From an uncultured virus (IMG/VR IMGVR_UViG_3300010338_000756) (taxonomy: Duplodnaviria > Heunggongvirae > Uroviricota > Caudoviricetes): a stretch of 20,000 nt of DNA. The DNA lies in IMG/VR virus record IMGVR_UViG_3300010338_000756; one strand, 5' to 3'. Position numbers and translations under genes: made by a program. The notes under the pieces were generated by a model. The model saw only the letters and a list, made by a program, of their open reading frames with translations, made no database searches and had not been told where the DNA came from. How positions within the stretch are numbered: the stretch's first letter is position 1; every line of letters starts with the position of its first letter. This document shows positions 14,820 through 20,000 of this stretch, piece after piece.

Positions 14820-15196
14820 CTGACTCGCTCGGCCACTTCGTGGCTCTTGAGGTCGCGCGCTGCGTCGATGAGACGAGAGGCTCGCCTGATTCCGCCAGCG
14901 GCGACTACAGCAAGGCCGCGAGCAGCGGCGATGGCAGCAAGGCCGCGAGCAGCGGCGACTACAGCAAGGCCACGAGCAGCGGCGACGGCAGCACGGCCGC
15001 TAGCAGCGGCGCGGACACGATCTCCATGGTCGCGGGGCTACGTGGCCGCGCCAGTTCCGGTAAAAATGGCTGCATCGCTCTCTGCTGGCACGACGGTAAG
15101 CGCAATCGCATCGTCGTCGGCTACGTCGGCGAGGACGGCATCAAGGCCGACACCTGGTATCGCGTCGAAGCCGGGAAACTCGTGGAGGCCGCATGA
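14816..15196 (+). CDS. Phage protein with 9-aa (SGDxSKAAS) repeats and a C-terminal VGEDGIKADTWY domain; lacks the usual N-terminal domain
   Basis: The repeat array plus GYVGEDGIKADTWYRVEAGKLVE is typical of a widespread phage repeat-protein family. Confidence 0.78.
   Translation: MTDSLGHFVALEVARCVDETRGSPDSASGDYSKAASSGDGSKAASSGDYSKATSSGDGSTAASSGADTISMVAGLRGRASSGKNGCIALCWHDGKRNRIVVGYVGEDGIKADTWYRVEAGKLVEAA
14897..15004 (+). repeat. Four in-frame 27-bp tandem repeats
   Basis: agcggcgactacagcaaggccgcgagc and variants, alternating Tyr and Gly forms. Confidence 0.92.
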
Positions 15197-15573
15197 ACGC
15201 TATCTGCAACGAGCCGATCAGCAACCGCGACCCGCGCTATGCCGGCGCCATGGCCGAACTCGAAACCGACTATGCCCGCGAGGATTTTCTCGCCTACCAG
15301 CGCGCGAACTTCATGCGGCTCGCGAAGCTGTTCTTGATCGACCGCGACTGCGAGTTTGAAGCGTTTTCATGGCAGCAATACGCGGAGGCGCGGAGGTGCG
15401 CATACCTGGCCGGCGTGAGCATCGAACAGTCGCGCGGCTGGATGAATCGTGCGCGTGACGCGAAGCTGCACGGCGACTCGCCCGAGACGATCTGCACACT
15501 GGTGAAGATTGCACGCGCGCGTCGCCGCGACTATCGCGCGCATCTCGGACTTGCTCTCGGAGAGACATCATGA
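15193..15573 (+). CDS. Hypothetical protein, paralogue 2 of 3, with a C-terminal extension
   Basis: GGAGG RBS and ATGA coupling. NRDPRYAG...DFLAYQR...FSWQQY. Confidence 0.78.
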   Translation: MNAICNEPISNRDPRYAGAMAELETDYAREDFLAYQRANFMRLAKLFLIDRDCEFEAFSWQQYAEARRCAYLAGVSIEQSRGWMNRARDAKLHGDSPETICTLVKIARARRRDYRAHLGLALGETS

Positions 15574-15875
15574 GCGCTTACCACGACGCGTGTCTCGACA
15601 TCGCGCGCGATCCCGATCGCATGAGCCGGCACGGCCGATTCATCGGCGCGCTGACAGACGACGAAATCGGAATCTACTGGCGCGATCCCGACAACGCGCG
15701 CGACAGCAGCGAGCCGGTTGCCGAAATCTGCATCGAAGCCGGCATCAGCGAGTGGGATTTCGCACAGCGGCCGGATGCGCTGCACGAATGGCGCACAGCA
15801 CTGAGACGCTACGCAGTTGTGCAGATGGTGCGCGACATCGAAGTGGCAGCGACCGACGAATTGAGCGCGGCATGA
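15570..15875 (+). CDS. Hypothetical acidic protein (101 aa)
   Basis: GGAG RBS. ATGA coupling at both ends. Confidence 0.72.
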   Translation: MSAYHDACLDIARDPDRMSRHGRFIGALTDDEIGIYWRDPDNARDSSEPVAEICIEAGISEWDFAQRPDALHEWRTALRRYAVVQMVRDIEVAATDELSAA

Positions 15876-16069
15876 TCGACTGCATCACCAACCGCGATCC
15901 GCGCTGGGCCGGAATCATGGCGCAGATCGAGTCGGACGACGACCCGCGCGCTGATTTTCTCGCGTGGCAGCGCCGGGAATACGTGCGGCTCGCGCAGTTA
16001 TTCGTAGTCGAGCGCTTCGAGGAATTCGAACAGTTCAGTTGGCAGATGTACGCGAAGGCGAAGGAGTAG
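15872..16069 (+). CDS. Hypothetical protein, paralogue 3 of 3 (65 aa)
   Basis: The ATG at 15872 overlaps the upstream stop. NRDPRWAG...DFLAWQR...FSWQMY. Confidence 0.78.
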   Translation: MIDCITNRDPRWAGIMAQIESDDDPRADFLAWQRREYVRLAQLFVVERFEEFEQFSWQMYAKAKE

Positions 16070-16072
16070 ACG

Positions 16073-16300
16073 ATGACAATGGTGGAATCAACGAGCGAAG
16101 CGCGCACCGTGAACAATACGATGCGGCATCAGTATCGCGTCCTTGACGAACTCGAAAAGGCGCAGATGCAAGCCATCAAAGACAAGGGGCTTGAACTGCA
16201 CGAGCTGATCGAATCTATCGGTCAGTCGCGTGAACTCTCTCTCGCGAAGACGAAGACGGAAGAAGCGGTCATGTGGGCCGTAAAACACATCGCGCGATAA
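16073..16300 (+). CDS. Acb2/Tad1-like helical-hairpin anti-defence (signal-sponge) protein
   Basis: YRVLDELEKAQMQAIKDKG resembles Acb2 YRDLSQEEIDMMNRVKELG. SRELSLAKTKTEEAVMWAVKHIA matches the second helix of the Acb2/Tad1 hairpin. AAGGAG RBS. Confidence 0.75.
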   Translation: MTMVESTSEARTVNNTMRHQYRVLDELEKAQMQAIKDKGLELHELIESIGQSRELSLAKTKTEEAVMWAVKHIAR

Positions 16301-16459
16301 CCAGTCATGGCCCCAACCAGTGAGACCGCTCCCGCCCTGCAAGCCAGCACAGATTACGCAGCAACATGCTGGACAGGCATCTGTCTCCGCAGGTGGCGCA
16401 CACGCCTCACACGGGTACCCCTCTCTGCGCGGGGCCTCCATTTCGGTAAGGAATGAATC

Positions 16460-16651
16460 ATGCGCATCCTGAACTTCTGGCACCGCCTGCACACCGAACT
16501 CGCCGCCCTGCAAACGGCATGGCGCGAGGACCGCGAACGCGCGCAGCAGATCAAGTACCGGCGCGCGCTGCGGAAGCGCCGCGTCGTGCTGCCGGCGCCG
16601 AGGCCGGATGCCGTCGCCGGCAACTGGTACGGCGACAGGAAGGCGCAGTAA
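16460..16651 (+). CDS. Small basic hypothetical protein (63 aa)
   Basis: TAAGGA RBS and GC3-rich codons. Fills the gap before erf. Confidence 0.65.
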   Translation: MRILNFWHRLHTELAALQTAWREDRERAQQIKYRRALRKRRVVLPAPRPDAVAGNWYGDRKAQ

Positions 16652-16668
16652 TCCCAATGGAGACTCAC

Positions 16669-17406
16669 ATGGCGAAATCAACCCAGGTTGTCGCGGCCGA
16701 GCCGCCGACCGAATCCGGAAACGTTCTGCAGATCATCAGCCGCGCGGCAGCCGACCCGAGCGTGGACATCGAGAAGCTGGAACGGCTGCTCGCGATGCAG
16801 GAGCGCATCGTCGCCAAGCACGCCGAGAGCGACTTCAACGCGGCGCTGAACGCTGCGCAGACCGAGATCGGCACGATTTCAGCCGACGCCGAGAACAGCC
16901 AGACGCGCAGCCGCTATGCGACCTACGCGAAGCTCGACAAGGTGCTGCGCCCGATCTACACGCGGCACGGCTTCTCGCTCAGTTTCGACGAAACCGACTC
17001 GCCGAAGCCGGACCATATCCGTGTTCTGGCGATCCTAGCGCATCGTGGCGGTCACAGTCACACGTACCAGAAGGACATGCCGGCTGACGGCAAGGGCGCG
17101 AAGGGCGGCGACGTCATGACCAAGACGCACGCCGCGGGCGCCGCTGCCAGCTACGGCATGCGATACCTGCTGAAAGGCATCTTCAACGTCGCAATCGGCG
17201 AGGAGGATACCGATGGCAATGAACCGCGCGACGAGCCGCGCATCAGCGAGGACCAGGCCGCGACGTTGCAGGCGCTGATGGAGGAAGTCGGCGCGGACAA
17301 AGCGCGATTCTTCGCCTACCTCAAGATCGGCGCACTCAAGGAAATCCACGCGCGCAACTATTCGAGCATCGTGAAGCTGCTCGAATCGAAGCGGAGACGG
17401 GCATGA
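16669..17406 (+). CDS. erf: ERF-family ssDNA annealing protein
   Basis: DIEKLERLLAMQER, FNAALNAAQ, SRYATY..L...RPIYTRHGFSLSF, HRGGHS and GAAASYGMRYLL..IFNVAIGEEDTDG. GGAG before the ATG at 16669. Confidence 0.9.
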   Translation: MAKSTQVVAAEPPTESGNVLQIISRAAADPSVDIEKLERLLAMQERIVAKHAESDFNAALNAAQTEIGTISADAENSQTRSRYATYAKLDKVLRPIYTRHGFSLSFDETDSPKPDHIRVLAILAHRGGHSHTYQKDMPADGKGAKGGDVMTKTHAAGAAASYGMRYLLKGIFNVAIGEEDTDGNEPRDEPRISEDQAATLQALMEEVGADKARFFAYLKIGALKEIHARNYSSIVKLLESKRRRA

Positions 17407-18044
17407 GCGCGCACGACGTCACCCAGGGAACTGACGATTGGCAGGCGCTGCGCCTCGGCAAGGTGACGGCCTCGCGCATCGCGGACCTCATGGCACGCAC
17501 GCGCAACGGTTGGGGAACGTCGCGAGCCAACTACATGGCCGAGCTGGTGGCCGAGCGGCTGACCGGCGTGAAGACCGAGGGGTTTTCGAACGCGGCTATC
17601 AAGTGGGGCTTGGAAATGGAGCCGCAGGCGCGCGACGCCTACGCCTTCTTTGCCGATGTCGATGTCGCTCAGATCGGTTTCATCGACCACCCGCGAATCG
17701 CGATGACCGGCGCATCGCCGGACGGACTCGTAGGCGACGCCGGGCTGGTCGAAATCAAGTGCCCGCTCACTGCCACGCACATCGAGACTCTGCTGACCGC
17801 CTCGGTGCGGGAGAAATACCTGTATCAGATGCAGTGGCAGATGGCCTGCACCGGCCGGCAGTGGTGCGACTTCGTCAGCTACGACCCGCGCATGCCGGAA
17901 CGCATGCGCTATTTCTGCCAGCGCGTGCCGCGAGACGACCGCCTGATCGCGACCTTGGAGCGCGAGGTCTCGGAATTCCTTCGAGAGGTAGCAGATAAGG
18001 TCGCCTCCCTGCAATCGAAGTATCCAGAGAGGTTGGCCGCATGA
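17403..18044 (+). CDS. YqaJ / lambda-exonuclease-family nuclease (copy 2)
   Basis: QGTDDWQALRLGKVTAS, WGLEMEPQAR, GASPDGLV, EIKCP, YLYQMQWQM and WCDFVSYDPR. Confidence 0.95.
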   Translation: MSAHDVTQGTDDWQALRLGKVTASRIADLMARTRNGWGTSRANYMAELVAERLTGVKTEGFSNAAIKWGLEMEPQARDAYAFFADVDVAQIGFIDHPRIAMTGASPDGLVGDAGLVEIKCPLTATHIETLLTASVREKYLYQMQWQMACTGRQWCDFVSYDPRMPERMRYFCQRVPRDDRLIATLEREVSEFLREVADKVASLQSKYPERLAA

Positions 18045-18259
18045 CCGGCGGACGCGGCAAGACGGGCGTGACGGCTGCGCAAGCGATGCTGCTTGCGGGC
18101 CGTGGCCGCCTGCGACGTCGTCTCAAGGCGCGCATTCGCACACTGCGCGCGGCGCTGGACGCCATCCCGACGCAGGCCGAAACGGCGCGCCACCTCGGAC
18201 TGAGTGAGTCGACAATCTCGCGCTACGAGCGCGGCCAGCATATCAAGGCGCACCGATGA
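18041..18259 (+). CDS. Small XRE/Cro-type HTH protein with an Arg-rich N-terminus
   Basis: TQAETARHLGLSESTISRYERG. Confidence 0.75.
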   Translation: MTGGRGKTGVTAAQAMLLAGRGRLRRRLKARIRTLRAALDAIPTQAETARHLGLSESTISRYERGQHIKAHR

Positions 18260-18738
18260 CCGTCCCCCATCAACTGCTACCGCGCCAGTGGCTGCTGCCG
18301 AAACAGCTATCCCGCGACCGCGTGGCCGCGCAGATCGCAACGTTCGTCGCAGCCCTGGACGCGGGGAGGCCCTACCGCGTCACCATCGAGGAAGCGAAGT
18401 CGACGCGCACGAATCAGCAGAACCGCTATCTGTGGGGCGTCGCGTACAAGCTGATTGCGGATGCGGTCGGTTACGAGGTCGACGAAGTCGCAGAGTTCTG
18501 CTGCGGCCAGTACTTCGGCTGGACCGACAAGCGTGTTCCGAAGAAGCCGAGTAACCCTGAGGGCATCGAGTCGGTTCCCGTGCGCACCACGACTCGCGAC
18601 GCAGACGGCAAGCGGCGCGTGCTGAACAAGCACGAGTTCGCCGACTACGTCGCATTCGTGCAGCGCTTCGCGGCCAAGCGCGGTGTGCATGTGCCCGACC
18701 CGGACCCGGACTATGCCGAGCACGAGGAAGCCGCGTGA
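18256..18738 (+). CDS. NinB/Orf (YbcN)-like recombination mediator
   Basis: VTIEEAKSTRTNQQNRYLWG...RTTT...LNKHEFADYVAFVQRFAAKRGV. Confidence 0.7.
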   Translation: MTVPHQLLPRQWLLPKQLSRDRVAAQIATFVAALDAGRPYRVTIEEAKSTRTNQQNRYLWGVAYKLIADAVGYEVDEVAEFCCGQYFGWTDKRVPKKPSNPEGIESVPVRTTTRDADGKRRVLNKHEFADYVAFVQRFAAKRGVHVPDPDPDYAEHEEAA

Positions 18739-19079
18739 AACACAGCACCGGCGCGCCGACCAAGGCCGAGCGCGAGCGCTTCGACGCATTGCGTCTCATT
18801 GGGTGCCTATGTTGCAGATCGCGTGGCGCCTGGACATTGCCGGCTGAGATCCACCACCTGCTTTCCGGCAACCGCAGGCGCGGACATGAATTCACAATCC
18901 CGCTTTGCCCGTGGCATCACCGAGGCAAAGTGTTTCGCGGCATGACTGCGCGCGAGATGACCGAAGATTTCGGCCCGTCGCTCGCGCTCGGGTCCAAGCC
19001 CTTCCATGCCGCATTTGGCAGCGACGAGGAATTGCTGGCTGCGGTCAATGAACTGTTGGCGCAGAGGCGGGCGGCGTGA
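18735..19079 (+). CDS. ref: Ref-family RecA-dependent HNH nuclease
   Basis: GCLCC...AEIHHLLSGNRRRGHEFTIPLCPWHHRG...GPSLA.GSKPFHAAFGSDEELL. Confidence 0.85.
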   Translation: MKHSTGAPTKAERERFDALRLIGCLCCRSRGAWTLPAEIHHLLSGNRRRGHEFTIPLCPWHHRGKVFRGMTAREMTEDFGPSLALGSKPFHAAFGSDEELLAAVNELLAQRRAA

Positions 19080-20000
19080 TGCAGGCCGCGTACCGTGAGT
19101 TCCTGGTATCGAAGGCCGCTGCGGCGCCGTGCCGGGGATTCGAGAACATCCCGGCGCTATCCTCGCATCTATTCGACTTCCAGCAAGCCAGCGTTGCGCA
19201 CTTGCTGCGCGTCGGTTCCGGTGGACTATTCCTTGATACCGGCCTTGGAAAGACGCTCTGCCAATTGGAATGGAGCGAGCACGCACGAGCGGCCAGCAAT
19301 GGCCGCGCGCTGATTCTCACGCCGCTTGCAGTCGCCCGCCAGATCGAGCGCGAGGGCAAGCGATTCGGCTATCCCGCGAGAGTGATTCGCGACGCAAGCG
19401 AAGTGCAAGAAGGCATCAGCATCTGCAACTACGACAGGCTGCACCTGCTCGACCCGGATGCTTTCGGGGCGGTCTCGCTCGATGAGAGCAGCATCCTGAA
19501 ATCCTTCACAGGCAAGACGACGCGCACCCTGATTGACGCGTTCGCAGGCCATCGGTGGCGACTGTCGGCTTCTGCTACGCCCGCCCCGAATGACCACATG
19601 GAACTCGGCCAGCACGCGGAGTTCTGCGGCGTGATGGCCTCCAACGAGATGCTGTCCCGCTTTTTCATCAACGATACGGCGACCGCCTCCCAACAATGGC
19701 GACTCAAGGGTCACGCCGTGGAGCCGTTCTGGAACTGGATGGCGTCCTGGTCGCGCATGGCGCAGATGCCGTCCGACCTTGGTGGATCCGATGACGGATT
19801 CATCCTGCCGCCGCTGAAAGTGCACCGGCACCGCGCGCACGAGTCTGCGCCTTCGATGACGGGTGGGCTGTTCGGCGATGAGATCGTCTCGGCCACCACG
19901 TTGCACGAACTCAAGCGCCGGACTGCCGACGAGCGTGCCCGCGTAGCCGTCGAGTTGGTCACGGCGGACAGCGATCCATGGGTGATTTGGGTGGATAGTG
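19079..20000 (+). CDS. SNF2-like SF2 helicase, N-terminal part (runs off the window; absent from the ORF track)
   Basis: Manual translation from ATG 19079: MQAAYREFLVSK...LFDFQ...FLDTGLGKT...TPLAV...NYDRL...LDESSILK...SATPAPND..ELGQHAEF...WRLKGHA, with no stop seen. Confidence 0.9.
   Translation, partial: MQAAYREFLVSKAAAAPCRGFENIPALSSHLFDFQQASVAHLLRVGSGGLFLDTGLGKTLCQLEWSEHARAASNGRALILTPLAVARQIEREGKRFGYPARVIRDASEVQEGISICNYDRLHLLDPDAFGAVSLDESSILKSFTGKTTRTLIDAFAGHRWRLSASATPAPNDHMELGQHAEFCGVMASNEMLSRFFINDTATASQQWRLKGHAVEPFWNWMASWSRMAQMPSDLGGSDDGFILPPLKVHRHRAHESAPSMTGGLFGDEIVSATTLHELKRRTADERARVAVELVTADSDPWVIWVDS

Larger units (their letters stand above)
1..20000. mobile_element. Tailed-phage or prophage genome segment (early/recombination/replication region plus terminase small subunit)
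   Basis: TerS, RusA, Ref, RecT, ERF, two YqaJ exonucleases, SSB, NinB-like and Acb2-like genes. Many short ORFs are coupled by ATGA/GTGA overlaps. No host genes or att sites seen. Confidence 0.93.

Noticed and set aside
14897..15011. 27-bp repeats as a possible CRISPR array
   Set aside because: Directly tandem, in-frame coding repeats with no unique spacers and no cas genes.
16307..16456. 49-codon ORF between the Acb2-like gene and 16460
   Set aside because: No RBS and AT-richer third positions than neighbouring genes. Treated as intergenic.
15185..19079. Many proteins ending in -AA, resembling ClpXP degrons
   Set aside because: Explained by the GAGGnnGCnGC(A/G)TGA RBS/stop-start overlap used for translational coupling.

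Overview
High-GC, densely packed bacteriophage (or prophage) DNA covering early, recombination and replication functions. No structural, lysis or host housekeeping genes are visible. Left part (minus strand): terminase small subunit, RusA resolvase, Ref/DUF968-like HNH nuclease and an SF2 DEAH helicase. It is interrupted by a plus-strand cassette (small membrane peptide, DUF932, terminator, coiled-coil ORF). A ~1.1 kb, mostly non-coding divergence region (7590-8733) carries a GAGTC microsatellite, GNRA-capped hairpins, twin palindromes, a chromosomal-type parS-like site and back-to-back promoters. Right part (plus strand): two separate recombination modules (RecT + YqaJ exonuclease + SSB; ERF + YqaJ exonuclease + NinB-like + Ref). 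It also encodes an apparently catalytically dead adenylosuccinate-synthetase (PurA/PurZ)-like protein, three small paralogues, an Acb2/Tad1-like anti-defence sponge, and an SNF2-type helicase cut by the window edge. Two families of conserved promoter sequences head the transcription units. All family assignments come from motif recognition by eye, not database searches.
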